A DNA stretch of 64,000 nt from an uncultured Clostridia bacterium (lineage in GTDB: Bacteria; Bacillota; Clostridia; Christensenellales; Borkfalkiaceae). Position 1 is the stretch's first letter. Every line of letters starts with the position of its first letter. Location: contig CAMGEK010000001.1 of the NCBI GenBank assembly GCA_946055105.1, forward strand, positions 414 through 64,413, in the 5' to 3' direction. A model generated the notes under the pieces. That model was not told where the DNA came from, did no database searches, and saw only the letters and a program-made list of their open reading frames with translations. A program made the translations under genes and the position numbers. This document shows positions 18,512 to 29,802 of this stretch, piece after piece.

Positions 18512-19696
18512 ATGAACGAATTTTTTTTGAAATACGGCTGTAACCCCAATCAGAAGCCCGCGCGCATCTTCATGGCGAACGGGAGCGAACTCCCCGTCGA
18601 AATTCTCAACGGAAAACCCGGATATATCAATTTCCTCGACGCGTTTAATTCCTGGCAGCTCGTCAAGGAACTCAAAGAAGCGACGGGCATGGCTTGCGCG
18701 ACGAGCTTCAAGCACGTTTCGCCCACTTCCGCGGCGGTCGGAAAGAAACTTTCTCCCGCGCTCAAAAAGGCGTGTTTCGTCGACGACGTGGAGGGATTAG
18801 ACGACTCCCCGCTCGCCTGCGCCTATGCGAGAGCGCGCGGCACGGACAGAATGTCCTCGTTTGGCGATTGGATCGCTCTTTCGGACGAATGCGATCTTAC
18901 GACGGCGAAGATCATCTTCCGCGAAGTGTCCGACGGCGTCATCGCGCCCGCATACTCGCCCGAAGCGTTGGAGCTGTTGAAACAGAAGCGCAAGGGAAAT
19001 TACAATATCGTAAAAATAGATCCCGACTACGTTCCCGAAGAGATCGAACGCAAACAGGTATTCGGCGTGACGTTCGAGCAGGGCAGAAACAACTTCCGCA
19101 TCGACAGAGCGTTGCTCTCGAATCTCGTTACGAAGAACAAAAATCTCCCCGACGACAAGGCGGTGGATCTCATCGTCTCGCTCATTACGCTCAAATACAC
19201 GCAATCCAATTCCGTCTGTTTTGCAGTAGACGGACAGGCGATCGGCGTGGGCGCGGGACAGCAGTCGCGCATTCATTGCACCCGTCTGGCGGCGCAGAAG
19301 GCGGATTTGTGGCATCTCCGTCAGCATGAAAAGGTACTCGGTTTGCAATTTGCGGAGGGCGTCGGCAGACCTGAGATGAACAATATTATCGATCTGTATC
19401 TTTCGGACGATTACGAGGAAGTGCTCGGCGACGACGTCTGGCAGAAGAATTTCGCCGTCCGTCCCGAACCGTTCACGCGCGAAGAAAAGGCGGCGTACTT
19501 AAAGACGATCACGGGCGTTTCGCTCGGCAGCGACGCGTTTTTCCCCTTTTCGGACAATATCGAACGCGCGTTCCGCAGCGGCGTGAGTTATATCGCGGAG
19601 CCGGGCGGTTCCATTCGCGATTCGCTCGTCATCGAGGCGGCGGACGCGCACGGAATGGTGATGGCGTTCACGGGCATGAGACTGTTCCACCATTGA
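18512..19696 (+). CDS. purH: AICAR formyltransferase (PurH C-terminal domain only, 394 aa)
   Basis: It has KYGCNPNQ (compare RYGENPHQ), GAGQQSRI and SDAFFPF motifs. It lacks the N-terminal MGS-like cyclohydrolase domain. Confidence 0.85.
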   Translation: MNEFFLKYGCNPNQKPARIFMANGSELPVEILNGKPGYINFLDAFNSWQLVKELKEATGMACATSFKHVSPTSAAVGKKLSPALKKACFVDDVEGLDDSPLACAYARARGTDRMSSFGDWIALSDECDLTTAKIIFREVSDGVIAPAYSPEALELLKQKRKGNYNIVKIDPDYVPEEIERKQVFGVTFEQGRNNFRIDRALLSNLVTKNKNLPDDKAVDLIVSLITLKYTQSNSVCFAVDGQAIGVGAGQQSRIHCTRLAAQKADLWHLRQHEKVLGLQFAEGVGRPEMNNIIDLYLSDDYEEVLGDDVWQKNFAVRPEPFTREEKAAYLKTITGVSLGSDAFFPFSDNIERAFRSGVSYIAEPGGSIRDSLVIEAADAHGMVMAFTGMRLFHH

Positions 19697-19757
19697 CCAT
19701 CGCGCGACGCGTCGGCAGGCGGCGCGTTGAGAAATCGGAGCAAATGAGGTAAACGGT

Positions 19758-21032
19758 ATGAAGATTCTGGTAGTAGGCGGCGGCGGAAGAGAACACGCCG
19801 TGATCAAAAGTCTGAAAAAGAACGCGTCGGTTACGAAAATATACGCGCTTCCCGGAAACGGCGGAATCGCGGACGACGCGGAGTGTTATCCGGTCAAAGC
19901 GACCGACGTGGACGGGATCGTGAAATTTGCGAGCGAACACCCCGTCGATTTTGCGGTCGTAACGCCCGACGATCCGTTGGTGCTCGGTTGCGTCAACTGT
20001 CTCGAAGCGATCGGAATTCCCTGTTTCGGACCGCGCGCGGAAGCGGCGATCATCGAGGGCAGTAAAGTATTCTCCAAAAATCTGATGAAAAAATACGGGA
20101 TTCCCACGGCGGCGAGCGAGAGCTTTTCCGACGCGGAAGCGGCGATCGCCTATCTGAAAACGCAACGCTATCCCGTTGTCATCAAGGCGGACGGGCTGGC
20201 GCTCGGAAAGGGCGTTATCATCGCGCAGAACGCGGCGGAAGCGGAGCGCGCCGTGCGGGAGATCATGTGCGACAAGATCTTCGGCGCGAGCGGAAATAAA
20301 ATTCTCGTCGAAGAATTTCTGGAAGGTCCCGAGGTCTCCGTGCTCGCCTTTACGGACGGAAAGACAATCGTTCCCATGGTCTCTTCCATGGATCACAAGC
20401 GGGCGAAAGACGGCGACGAGGGGCTGAATACGGGCGGTATGGGTACGGTTGCGCCCAATCCCTATTATACGGAAAAAATCGCGCGGGAGTGCATGGATAC
20501 GATCTTCCGACCTACCGTGTCCGCGATGAACGCGGAGGGCAGAACCTTTAAGGGCTGTCTCTACTTCGGGCTCATGCTCACGCGGGACGGGGCGAAAGTC
20601 ATCGAATACAACTGTCGGTTCGGCGATCCCGAAACGCAGGTAGTGCTTCCTCTTCTGGAAAGCGATCTTCTGACGATCATGCAGGCGGTGCGGAACGGCA
20701 CGTTGACGCAGGACATGGTGCGCTTCAAGGCGGGCGCGGCGTGTTGCGTGGTGCTCGCTTCCGACGGTTATCCGCAGAAGTACGAAACGGGATACGAAAT
20801 CTCGACGCCCGAAACGGGAAAGGACGAATTTATTTTCGTTGCGGGCGCGAAGAAAGAGGACGGCAGGCTTAAAACTTCGGGAGGGCGGGTGCTCGGCGCG
20901 ACGGCGACGGGCGATACGCTGAAAGAGGCGGTAAGGAAGGCGTACGCGCTCGCGGAGCGCGTCGGCTTCGAGAACGCGTATTACAGAAAGGATATCGGCG
21001 GACGCGCGCTTGCCTGTCTGCGGGAGGAGTGA
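19758..21032 (+). CDS. purD: GAR synthetase
   Basis: It starts MKILVVGGGGREHA, has an ATP-grasp core, and contains the GGRVLG motif. Confidence 0.9.
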   Translation: MKILVVGGGGREHAVIKSLKKNASVTKIYALPGNGGIADDAECYPVKATDVDGIVKFASEHPVDFAVVTPDDPLVLGCVNCLEAIGIPCFGPRAEAAIIEGSKVFSKNLMKKYGIPTAASESFSDAEAAIAYLKTQRYPVVIKADGLALGKGVIIAQNAAEAERAVREIMCDKIFGASGNKILVEEFLEGPEVSVLAFTDGKTIVPMVSSMDHKRAKDGDEGLNTGGMGTVAPNPYYTEKIARECMDTIFRPTVSAMNAEGRTFKGCLYFGLMLTRDGAKVIEYNCRFGDPETQVVLPLLESDLLTIMQAVRNGTLTQDMVRFKAGAACCVVLASDGYPQKYETGYEISTPETGKDEFIFVAGAKKEDGRLKTSGGRVLGATATGDTLKEAVRKAYALAERVGFENAYYRKDIGGRALACLREE

Positions 21033-21035
21033 GAG

Positions 21036-24000
21036 ATGGTTTTCAGAGTTTACGTTGAAAAGAAGGACGGATTCGACAACGAAGCGAAGGCGCTCTGCGC
21101 CGACGTGAGGGAGCTTCTCGGCATAGAGGGGATCGAGCGGATCCGCGTGATCAACCGCTACGACGTGGAGGGGATCGAAAAGGAACTGTTCGATTCCTGC
21201 GTCGGGACGGTGTTTTCCGAACCGCAGATGGACCGCGCGAGCGGAGAAATCGACCTTGCGGGCGCGAAGGCGTTTGCGGTGGAATACCTGCCCGGACAGT
21301 TCGACCAGCGCGCCGATTCCGCGGCGCAGTGTATTCAGCTCATTTCCTGCAAAGAGCGTCCCGTCGTCCGGACCGCAAAGGTGTACGCGGTCTACGGCGC
21401 GGTGACGGACGAATCGCTCGCCGCCGTCAAAAAGTACGTCATAAACCCCGTGGAGAGCCGCGAAGCGGCGTTTGAAAAGCCCTCCACGTTGAAAATCGAC
21501 TATCCCGTGCCCACGGAAGTGGAGACGTTGCACGGATTTATCGGACTGAGCCGCGCGGAATTGGAAGCGTTTGTCGAGAAATACGCGCTCGCAATGGACG
21601 CAGACGACGTTGCGTTCTGTCAGGACTATTTCAAATCGGAACGCCGCGATCCCACGCTGACCGAGATCAGAATGATCGACACCTATTGGTCCGATCACTG
21701 CCGTCATACCACTTTCCTCACGACCATCGACGACGTGCGGTTCGAGGATCGGCTCTTACAGAAGGCTTACGACGAATATCTGGCGGTGCGCAAGGAATTG
21801 AACCGCACGAAGCCGGTCAATCTCATGGACGTCGGCACGATCGCGGCGAAGTACCTGAAACGGCACGGGTATCTCGACCGTCTGGACGAATCGGAAGAGA
21901 TCAACGCTTGCACGGTAAAAATCAAGGTGACGGTGGACGGAAAAGAAGAGGACTGGCTGCTGCTCTTCAAGAACGAGACGCACAACCACCCGACGGAGAT
22001 CGAGCCGTTCGGCGGCGCGGCGACGTGTATCGGCGGCGCGATCCGCGATCCGCTTTCGGGCAGAAGCTACGTTTACGCCGCGATGCGCGTCACGGGCGCG
22101 GCGGATCCGCTCCTTCCCGTCAAGGACACGATGAAAGGAAAACTTCCTCAGCGCAAGATCGTCACGACCGCCGCCGCGGGATATTCCTCTTACGGAAATC
22201 AGATCGGACTTGCGACGGGGCAGGTGGACGAACTCTATCACGCGGGCTACGTCGCGAAGCGGCTGGAAATCGGCGCGGTGATCGCGGCGACGCCGGCGGA
22301 GAACGTCAGAAGGGAACGCCCCGCGCCCGGCGATAAAGTCATACTGCTCGGCGGAAGAACGGGGCGGGACGGCTGCGGCGGCGCGACGGGTTCCTCCAAA
22401 TCGCACACGTTGCAATCGCTGACGCATTGCGGCGCGGAAGTGCAGAAGGGAAACGCGCCCGAAGAGAGAAAATTACAGCGTCTGTTCCGCAATCCGGAGG
22501 CGACGCTGCTCGTCAAACGTTGCAACGACTTCGGCGCGGGCGGCGTTTCCGTCGCGATCGGGGAGCTTGCCGACGGACTGACGATCGATCTCAACCGCGT
22601 GCCGAAGAAATACGACGGGTTGGACGGAACGGAACTTGCGATCTCCGAATCGCAGGAGCGCATGGCGGTCGTGGTCGAAGCCGCGCAGGCGGAAAAATTC
22701 GTCGCGCTTGCGGAGAAAGAGAACCTCGAAGCGACCGTCGTCGCGACGGTGACGGAATCCCCCCGTCTCGTGATGACCTGGAACGGAAAGACGATCGTTG
22801 ACGTCTCGCGCGAATTTCTCAACTCCAACGGCGCGGAAAAACACATTACGATCGCGCCCGAAAAAATACGCGACTACCGTCGTCCCGCGCCGACCGACTT
22901 CAAGGCGGCGTATCGCGCGCTTGCGGGCGATCTGAACGTCTGTTCCAAGCGCGGTCTTTCCGAGCGGTTCGATTCGACGATCGGCGCGGGCACGGTGCTC
23001 ATGCCCTTCGGAGGGAAATATCAGACGACGCCCTCGCAGGCAATGGCGCACCTGATCTCTTCGGAAAAGGGACACACCTCCGACGCGTCCTTTATGGCGT
23101 GGGGCGGGAATCCCTACGTTGCGGAAAAGAGCCCCTATCACGGCGCCTATCTCGCGGTCGTGGAGAGCGTGAGCAAGCTCGTCGCGTCGGGCGCGTCCTT
23201 CGAGGACGTCTATCTGACCTTTCAGGAATACTTTGAAAAGCCGATGCGCGATCCCAAGCGTTGGGGACAGCCGCTTGCGGCGTTGCTCGGCGCGTTCCGC
23301 GCGCAGCTCGAACTCAAATGCGCGGCGATCGGCGGAAAGGATTCGATGAGCGGTACGTTTGAAAATATAGACGTTCCGCCTACGCTCGTGTCGTTCGCGG
23401 TGACGACGGGTAAGGCGGAAGAAGCCGTATCCCCCGAATTCAAAAGCGCGGGACATGCGGTCGCGCTTCTGAAACCGCGTTACGATAAAGACGGACTTCC
23501 CGTCACGAAATCGCTCGTCGAAAACTTCAAGACGGTGACGAAGCTGTTGCGTTCGGGCAAGGCGGTGGCGGCGTATACGCCCGGATACGGCGGCGTAGCG
23601 GAAGCGATTCTCAAAATGTGCATGGGCAACCGTATCGGATTTTCCTTTGCGGAAAAGATTTCGACGGAGGAGATCTTCGGATATTCTTACGGAAGTTTCG
23701 TGCTCGAACTTGCCGCGCCCGTCAAGGTCGGCGTTCTGCTCGGCGCGACGACGGAGGCGCAGACCGTCGCGATGGGCGGCGAAACGCTTTCGTTGCGGGA
23801 ACTGACCGAGCTTTACGAACAAAAGCTCGAACCCGTCTACGCCTGCAATATCCCCGCGCCCGACCGCAAGGCGGAAAATTTCACCTGCAACGCAAAGAGC
23901 GAACTGCGCTGTAACGTCAGATGCGCGAAACCGAAAACGCTCATTCCCGTATTCCCCGGAACGAACTGCGAGTACGATACGGCGAAAGCGTTCTCCGACG

Positions 24001-24725
24001 CGGGCGCGGAAGCGGAAATTTTCGTCATTCGGAACACGACCGCGGACGACGTATCGCGTTCGGTCGAAGAATTTGCGCGCAAGATCGGGGAGAGCCGCAT
24101 CGTCTTTATTCCCGGCGGATTTTCGGGCGGCGACGAGCCGGACGGATCGGGAAAATTTATCACGGCGTTCTTCCGCAACGCCGCGGTCAAAGAACAGGTC
24201 GAAGCGTTGCTCACCCGCCGCGACGGACTCATGGGCGGGATCTGCAACGGATTCCAGGCGCTCATCAAACTCGGACTCGTGCCCTACGGAAAGATCTTAG
24301 AGACGGACGAGACCTGCCCCACGCTGACGTACAACGACATCGGGCGGCACCAATCGCGCATCGTGCGCGTGAGAGTGGCTTCCGCGAAGTCGCCCTGGCT
24401 TGCGGGCGTGAAAGTCGGAGACGTGTTCCACGTTCCCGTTTCCCACGGCGAGGGCAGGTTCGTCGCGAGCGACGAGCTTGTGAAACGGCTCGCCGAAAAC
24501 GGACAGATCATGACGCAGTACGTCGATTTCGACGACAAGGCGACGATGGAGATCGCGTTCAATCCCAACGGCAGCGCGTACGCGGTGGAGGGAATCCTCT
24601 CGCCCGACGGCAGGGTGTTCGGCAAGATGGGGCATTCGGAGCGCAAGGGCTTCGGGCTGTATCGGAACGTTCCGGGCGAATACGATATGAAACTGTTTGA
24701 AAGCGCGGTCAGATATTTCAAATAA
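21036..24725 (+). CDS. purL: FGAM synthase, single-chain large type (1229 aa)
   Basis: It has an N-terminal PurS-like region, an AIRS-type core ([18 protein letters not shown]) and a C-terminal glutaminase (GICNGFQAL). Confidence 0.9.
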   Translation: MVFRVYVEKKDGFDNEAKALCADVRELLGIEGIERIRVINRYDVEGIEKELFDSCVGTVFSEPQMDRASGEIDLAGAKAFAVEYLPGQFDQRADSAAQCIQLISCKERPVVRTAKVYAVYGAVTDESLAAVKKYVINPVESREAAFEKPSTLKIDYPVPTEVETLHGFIGLSRAELEAFVEKYALAMDADDVAFCQDYFKSERRDPTLTEIRMIDTYWSDHCRHTTFLTTIDDVRFEDRLLQKAYDEYLAVRKELNRTKPVNLMDVGTIAAKYLKRHGYLDRLDESEEINACTVKIKVTVDGKEEDWLLLFKNETHNHPTEIEPFGGAATCIGGAIRDPLSGRSYVYAAMRVTGAADPLLPVKDTMKGKLPQRKIVTTAAAGYSSYGNQIGLATGQVDELYHAGYVAKRLEIGAVIAATPAENVRRERPAPGDKVILLGGRTGRDGCGGATGSSKSHTLQSLTHCGAEVQKGNAPEERKLQRLFRNPEATLLVKRCNDFGAGGVSVAIGELADGLTIDLNRVPKKYDGLDGTELAISESQERMAVVVEAAQAEKFVALAEKENLEATVVATVTESPRLVMTWNGKTIVDVSREFLNSNGAEKHITIAPEKIRDYRRPAPTDFKAAYRALAGDLNVCSKRGLSERFDSTIGAGTVLMPFGGKYQTTPSQAMAHLISSEKGHTSDASFMAWGGNPYVAEKSPYHGAYLAVVESVSKLVASGASFEDVYLTFQEYFEKPMRDPKRWGQPLAALLGAFRAQLELKCAAIGGKDSMSGTFENIDVPPTLVSFAVTTGKAEEAVSPEFKSAGHAVALLKPRYDKDGLPVTKSLVENFKTVTKLLRSGKAVAAYTPGYGGVAEAILKMCMGNRIGFSFAEKISTEEIFGYSYGSFVLELAAPVKVGVLLGATTEAQTVAMGGETLSLRELTELYEQKLEPVYACNIPAPDRKAENFTCNAKSELRCNVRCAKPKTLIPVFPGTNCEYDTAKAFSDAGAEAEIFVIRNTTADDVSRSVEEFARKIGESRIVFIPGGFSGGDEPDGSGKFITAFFRNAAVKEQVEALLTRRDGLMGGICNGFQALIKLGLVPYGKILETDETCPTLTYNDIGRHQSRIVRVRVASAKSPWLAGVKVGDVFHVPVSHGEGRFVASDELVKRLAENGQIMTQYVDFDDKATMEIAFNPNGSAYAVEGILSPDGRVFGKMGHSERKGFGLYRNVPGEYDMKLFESAVRYFK

Positions 24726-24745
24726 AATTTGGGGGAGAGAAACGT

Positions 24746-26410
24746 ATGAAAACGGATATCGAAATTGCACAGGAAGCAAAATTACAGCCGATTGCGACTG
24801 TCGCGGAACGGGCGGGGCTTTCGGAGGACGAAATCGAATATTACGGAAAATATAAAGCGAAAGTCGAACTTTCCGCGCTCGAAAAACGCGATCGGAACGG
24901 AAAGCTCATACTCGTGACGGCGATCAATCCCACGCCCGCGGGCGAGGGAAAGACGACGACGACCATCGGGCTCGCCGACGGACTTGCCCGCATCGGAAAG
25001 AAGGTTACGGTCGCGCTCCGCGAGCCTTCGCTCGGTCCCGTGTTCGGGATCAAAGGCGGCGCGGCGGGCGGCGGATACGCGCAGGTCGTACCCATGGAGG
25101 ACATCAATCTGCATTTCACGGGCGACTTTCATGCGATCGGCGCGGCGAATAATCTGCTTGCGGCGATGCTCGACAACCATATTTTTCAGGGGAACGCCCT
25201 GAGAATCGATCCGAAAAAAATCACCTGGCGCAGATGCGTCGATATGAACGACCGCCAGCTTCGGTTCGTCGTAGACGGACTCGGCGGCGCGAAGAACGGC
25301 GTTCCGCGCGAGGACGGATACGATATTACGGTGGCGAGCGAAATCATGGCGGTGCTCTGTCTTTCGACGTCGCTCTCCGATTTGAAAGAGCGGCTCTCCC
25401 GCGTCATCGTCGGCTATACCTATGACGACGAACCCGTGACGGCGGGGCAGTTGAAGGCGGCGGGCGCCATGTGCGCGCTTCTGAAAGACGCGCTCAAACC
25501 CAATCTCGTGCAGACGCTCGAAGGAACGCCCGCGTTCGTGCACGGCGGTCCGTTTGCGAATATTGCGCACGGCTGTAACTCGGTCATGGCAACGAGAATG
25601 GCGTTAAAGACGGGGGATTACGCGGTGACGGAAGCGGGCTTCGGCGCGGATCTCGGCGCGGAGAAATTCCTCGATATTAAATGTCGGATGGCGGGGCTCG
25701 TTCCCGACGCCGTGGTGGTCGTCGCGACGGTGCGCGCGCTCAAAATGCACGGCGGGCTTTCCAAAACGGAGCTCGGCGAAGAAAATCTTGCCGCGCTCGA
25801 ACGCGGACTTCCCAATCTGTTGCGGCACGTTTCCAACGTGAAAAACGTCTACGGTCTGCCCTGCGTGGTCGCGGTCAACCGTTTTCCGACGGATACGGAC
25901 GCAGAGATCGCGCTCGTCATCGAAAAATGCAAGGCGCTTGGCGTGAACGTCGCGCTCTCCACCGTATGGGCGGAGGGCGGCAAGGGCGGCGAGGAGCTCG
26001 CGCGCGAAGTCGTCCGTCTCTGCGAAGAAAAGGGCGATTTCCGATTTGCCTACGATGAAAAAGCGCCGATTAAAGAGAAAATCGAAGCGGTTGTCAAAAA
26101 AATTTACGGCGGCGCGGGCGTTTCGTACACCGCCGAAGCGGAAGCGCAGATCGGTCGCCTGACCGCGCTCGGATTTGATAAAACGCCCGTCTGCATCGCA
26201 AAGACGCAGTACTCGTTTTCGGACGACATGACGAAGCTCGGCGCGCCCGAGGAATTCGTCGTTACGGTGCGCAACGTAAAAATTTCCGCAGGCGCGGGAT
26301 TCGTCGTCGTTCTGACGGGAAACATCATGACGATGCCCGGACTTCCCAAGTCCCCCGCCGCGGAGCGCATCGACGTGGACGGAAACGGGAAAATCACGGG
26401 GTTGTTTTAA
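24746..26410 (+). CDS. fhs: formate--tetrahydrofolate ligase
   Basis: It has [18 protein letters not shown] and ICIAKTQYS motifs. It is 554 aa. Confidence 0.9.
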   Translation: MKTDIEIAQEAKLQPIATVAERAGLSEDEIEYYGKYKAKVELSALEKRDRNGKLILVTAINPTPAGEGKTTTTIGLADGLARIGKKVTVALREPSLGPVFGIKGGAAGGGYAQVVPMEDINLHFTGDFHAIGAANNLLAAMLDNHIFQGNALRIDPKKITWRRCVDMNDRQLRFVVDGLGGAKNGVPREDGYDITVASEIMAVLCLSTSLSDLKERLSRVIVGYTYDDEPVTAGQLKAAGAMCALLKDALKPNLVQTLEGTPAFVHGGPFANIAHGCNSVMATRMALKTGDYAVTEAGFGADLGAEKFLDIKCRMAGLVPDAVVVVATVRALKMHGGLSKTELGEENLAALERGLPNLLRHVSNVKNVYGLPCVVAVNRFPTDTDAEIALVIEKCKALGVNVALSTVWAEGGKGGEELAREVVRLCEEKGDFRFAYDEKAPIKEKIEAVVKKIYGGAGVSYTAEAEAQIGRLTALGFDKTPVCIAKTQYSFSDDMTKLGAPEEFVVTVRNVKISAGAGFVVVLTGNIMTMPGLPKSPAAERIDVDGNGKITGLF

Positions 26411-27417
26411 TGCGGGAGATTCCGGAAAAAGCGGTTCCGCTTCTGTTGGAGTGGTATCGCGTCTCCCGCCGCGATCTGCCCTGGCGGGAAAACCGCGATC
26501 CCTATCGGATCTGGATTTCGGAGATCATGCTGCAACAGACGCGCGTCGAGGCGGTCAAGGAATACTACCGTCGCTTTCTCGCGAAATTCCCCTCCGTCTC
26601 AGCGCTCGCGCAGGCGGACGAAGAGGAAGTGCTCAAAGCGTGGGAGGGGCTCGGTTATTACTCCCGCGCGCGCAATCTTCACAAAGCCGCGAAACTCATC
26701 GCGGACGCGGGCGCGTTTCCCGCGACGCGCGAGGAAGTGCGCGCCCTGCCGGGCGTCGGCGACTATACGGCGGGCGCGATCTGTTCGATCGCTTACGACA
26801 TGCCCTGCCCCGCCGTGGACGGGAACGTCCTCCGCGTGCTCACCCGACTGCTTGCGGACGGCGGCAATATCGACGATCCCGCGACGAAGCGGGCGTGTTC
26901 CGACCGTCTGATAGAAGTTTATCCGCCCGAAGCGGGGGATTTCTGTCAGGCGCTGATGGAGCTCGGCGCGATCGTATGCGTGCCCAACGGCGCGCCTGCG
27001 TGCGGGGCATGTCCGTGGAAAACGCTCTGCCGCGCCCATCTTGCGGGCGAAGAGGAGCGTTATCCCGTCAGAAAGGAAAAAGCCGCGCGCAAGACGGTAG
27101 CCGTATCCGTCTACGTTCTGCGTTGCGGAGAGCGGTTCGCGATCGAAAAGCGCGGCGAAAAAGGACTTCTGGCGGGTTTATGGCAGTTCCCGTTGAAAGA
27201 GGGCGCAACGATTCCTCCCGAACGGGGAGAGATCGTCCGTCTGAAACGCGCGAAGCATATCTTTACGCACGTCGAATGGCACATGACGGGCTATCTGACG
27301 GAAGTCGAACAGCCGTCGCCCGAATTCGTATGGGCGACGGCTGCGGAAATCGGCTCGAACTATGCGCTTCCTTCCGCGTTCAAGGCGTTCTTTGAATGGC
27401 TGGGCGGAAGCAGATAA
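26410..27417 (+). CDS. mutY: A/G-specific adenine DNA glycosylase
   Basis: It has the HhH-GPD fold (LPGVGDYTAG), an Fe-S cluster loop C-x6-C-x2-C-x5-C (CVPNGAPACGACPWKTLC) and a C-terminal NUDIX-like domain. The start overlaps the fhs stop (TAATG). Confidence 0.85.
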   Translation: MREIPEKAVPLLLEWYRVSRRDLPWRENRDPYRIWISEIMLQQTRVEAVKEYYRRFLAKFPSVSALAQADEEEVLKAWEGLGYYSRARNLHKAAKLIADAGAFPATREEVRALPGVGDYTAGAICSIAYDMPCPAVDGNVLRVLTRLLADGGNIDDPATKRACSDRLIEVYPPEAGDFCQALMELGAIVCVPNGAPACGACPWKTLCRAHLAGEEERYPVRKEKAARKTVAVSVYVLRCGERFAIEKRGEKGLLAGLWQFPLKEGATIPPERGEIVRLKRAKHIFTHVEWHMTGYLTEVEQPSPEFVWATAAEIGSNYALPSAFKAFFEWLGGSR

Positions 27418-27431
27418 ACGGAGAGAAACGG

Positions 27432-27458
27432 AAAAAGCGGCGTGCGCCGCTTTTTTTC
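27432..27458. terminator. bidirectional intrinsic terminator
   Basis: AAAAAGCGGC-gtgc-GCCGCTTTTTTT sits between convergent mutY and the GNAT gene. Confidence 0.7.
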
Positions 27459-27484
27459 GTCCTTTCCGCGGAAGTTTTCCGTTG

Positions 27485-27925
27485 CTATTTCTTCGGAGAG
27501 GCTTTTACCATTTGCAGATAGGGCAGTTCGGAATATCCGAGCGAGCGGTAGAGCGCGATCGCGCGCGCGTTGTCCGGTTCGGCTTCGAGCCGCAGGCGCG
27601 CCGCGCCGAGCGTATCGAGAAAGGCGAAAAATTCTTTTCCGAGCCCCTTTCCGCGGCTTTCGGGGCGCAGAAAGATCTCTTCGAGCCACAGAACGACGCC
27701 TCCCGCCTCCTGCGAGAAGGTTTTGGCGAGCAGAGCGTAGCCGACGGGATTCTCCCCGTCGCAGAGAAAATAGCACTGCGCGTAGGCGTCGGAGCGCAGG
27801 AGTTCTTCAAAAGTCGCAACGCGGTATTCTTCGGGCACGGGGGCGAGCACCGCGTCGGAATCGTAAAATTCCCGCGTGAGGCGCAGATAGAGCGATCGGT
27901 CGTTTTGGTTGAGTTTGCGTATCAT
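27485..27925 (-). CDS. GNAT family N-acetyltransferase (147 aa)
   Basis: It has the acetyl-CoA motif RGKGLGKEFF. Start is taken at ATG 27925 (MIRKLNQNDR), which lies 7 nt downstream of a -10 box. Confidence 0.75.
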   Translation of the reverse strand: MIRKLNQNDRSLYLRLTREFYDSDAVLAPVPEEYRVATFEELLRSDAYAQCYFLCDGENPVGYALLAKTFSQEAGGVVLWLEEIFLRPESRGKGLGKEFFAFLDTLGAARLRLEAEPDNARAIALYRSLGYSELPYLQMVKASPKK

Positions 27926-27932
27926 GCGTTCT

Positions 27933-27961
27933 ATTGTAACCTTTTCCGACGCGTTTGTCAA
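27933..27961 (-). promoter_or_regulatory. promoter giving a probable leaderless GNAT mRNA
   Basis: On the minus strand: TTGACA (27961-27956), 17 nt, TACAAT (27938-27933), then 7 nt to ATG (27925). No SD is present. Confidence 0.55.
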
Positions 27962-28067
27962 GGCGAGGACGGGGAGGGTTTTTGTTAATTTTCTTGATAA
28001 TCTCTTGCGTAATTTCATAAATTGTAGTACAATGAAAAACGGGCGTTATGCCCGAAAGAGGTGAAAC

Positions 28068-28949
28068 ATGAGCGTTTTATTATGCGATTCCAATTGCGAA
28101 TTATGGCATACGCGTGCGGAGGAGCTCGGACTCGAAGTGATTCCCATGCCCTATTGCGTTGAAAACGAGGAGTATCGTTACGATCTGGGAAAGACGACCG
28201 ATTTCAGAAAATTTTACGACGCCGTGCGTGCGGGCGCCGTGCCCAAGACTCAGGCGCTCAATCCCGAGGATTATAAGCGGATTCTGACGCCCTTTTTCGA
28301 GCGCGGCGAGGACGTGCTCTATCTGAGTTTCTCTCATAAAATGAGTGGCACGTTCGCGCAGTTGGATTTCGCGTTAAAAGAACTGAAAGAGCGGTTCCCC
28401 GAACGGAAGTGCACGGTGTTCGATACGAAGAGCATTTCGCTCGGCGCGGGGATTCAGGTCGAACAGGCGGCGATCATGAAACAAAACGGCGCGGCGGACG
28501 AGGAGATTCTCTCGTTTCTCAACGGTTATACCGATCGGGTAGCCGTGTATTTCGTCGTGGACGATCTCATGCACTTAAAGCGCGGCGGACGGGTGTCGGG
28601 CGTCGCCGCGGTGGCGGGAACGCTGCTCGGACTCAAACCGATGCTCACCGTCAACGAGGAGGGCGGGCTCTCCGTGATCTCGAAGATCAGCGGCAGAAGA
28701 AAGGCGATCGGAACGCTGGCGAACAAGATCGTCGAAGAACTGCGCGACGAGGAAACGTATCCCGTCTACGTTTTGGACGCGGACTGCCCCGAAGAGGGCG
28801 ACAGAGTGCGCGATCTCGTGCTGGAAAAGCGTCCGTCCGCGAAAATCGTGCGTCAGACGGTAGGTCCCGTCATCGGCGCGCACTGCGGACCGGGTACGAT
28901 CGGCGTGATCTTTACGGCGGATCGCCGTCCCGTTCCGCTCAGGAAGTGA
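28068..28949 (+). CDS. DegV family fatty-acid-binding protein
   Basis: 293 aa with a DegV-type layout (LLCDSNCEL, TQALNPEDY, SFSHKMSGTF, GPGTIGV). Confidence 0.8.
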   Translation: MSVLLCDSNCELWHTRAEELGLEVIPMPYCVENEEYRYDLGKTTDFRKFYDAVRAGAVPKTQALNPEDYKRILTPFFERGEDVLYLSFSHKMSGTFAQLDFALKELKERFPERKCTVFDTKSISLGAGIQVEQAAIMKQNGAADEEILSFLNGYTDRVAVYFVVDDLMHLKRGGRVSGVAAVAGTLLGLKPMLTVNEEGGLSVISKISGRRKAIGTLANKIVEELRDEETYPVYVLDADCPEEGDRVRDLVLEKRPSAKIVRQTVGPVIGAHCGPGTIGVIFTADRRPVPLRK

Positions 28950-29119
28950 GTCGACGCGCCTTCCGCAGAAAGCGACGGGCGCGGCGTTCCGTTCCGAAAA
29001 CGGTTTGCAAAATGCGGCGGGACGGTTGCTCTTTTTCCGTCGGAATCAAAAAAAGACGGGGAAAGATTCTGACAAGCAAAAGAGAAGCGAACGCTTTTGA
29101 GGGGAATATTCGTCCGCGC

Positions 29120-29148
29120 TTGACATCGGCGCGGGCGTTTGTTATAAT
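29120..29148 (+). promoter_or_regulatory. promoter of the tmk-rimM-trmD cluster
   Basis: TTGACA (29120-29125), 17 nt, then TGtTATAAT (-10 at 29143-29148). Only 9 nt separate it from the tmk ATG, with no SD. Confidence 0.6.
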
Positions 29149-29157
29149 AAAACGGCA

Positions 29158-29802
29158 ATGAACAGAGGAAAATTTATCGTATTTGAAGGGATCGACGGAA
29201 GCGGAAAGAGCACCCAGCTCAAACTGCTTGCAAAATATCTGGAAGGAAGAGGGGTGTCTTGCTACGCGACCTGCGAGCCGACCGACTCGCCGTTCGGCGG
29301 CATGCTCCGTTCCTGTCTCACGGGGCGGCTGGACGCGGACGAGCGCGCGATCGCGGCGCTGTTTGCGGCGGACCGATTTGATCATATTTTCAATCCTCTC
29401 AACGGTTTGGAGGGAAAGCTCGCCGCGGGAATCACCGTTCTGTGCGACCGGTACTATCTCTCGTCGTTCGCGTATAACGGCGGCATCGTTCCGCTCGAAT
29501 GGGTGATCGAGCTCAACCGTCCCGCAATGGAGGCGCTCCGTCCCGATCTCGTCGTCTATATCGACGTTCCCGCAGAACGCAGTATGGAGCGGGTGGCGAG
29601 GCGGGGCGAGACGGAACGGTATGAGACGCTCGACCGCCAGAAGAAGATACGGGAAGCGTATTTCCGACTGTTTCGCCGTTTTGAAACGCAGGAGCATATC
29701 GAAATCGTCAAAAGCGAATCGGACAAATCGGACACGCAGGAAAAGATCCGTCGGATTGCGGACGAACTGTTCGGGTGGAGGAAAGCATGCAAACGCAACT
29801 GA
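29158..29802 (+). CDS. tmk: dTMP (thymidylate) kinase
   Basis: It has the P-loop FIVFEGIDGSGKST and the DRY motif (CDRYYLSS). Confidence 0.9.
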   Translation: MNRGKFIVFEGIDGSGKSTQLKLLAKYLEGRGVSCYATCEPTDSPFGGMLRSCLTGRLDADERAIAALFAADRFDHIFNPLNGLEGKLAAGITVLCDRYYLSSFAYNGGIVPLEWVIELNRPAMEALRPDLVVYIDVPAERSMERVARRGETERYETLDRQKKIREAYFRLFRRFETQEHIEIVKSESDKSDTQEKIRRIADELFGWRKACKRN

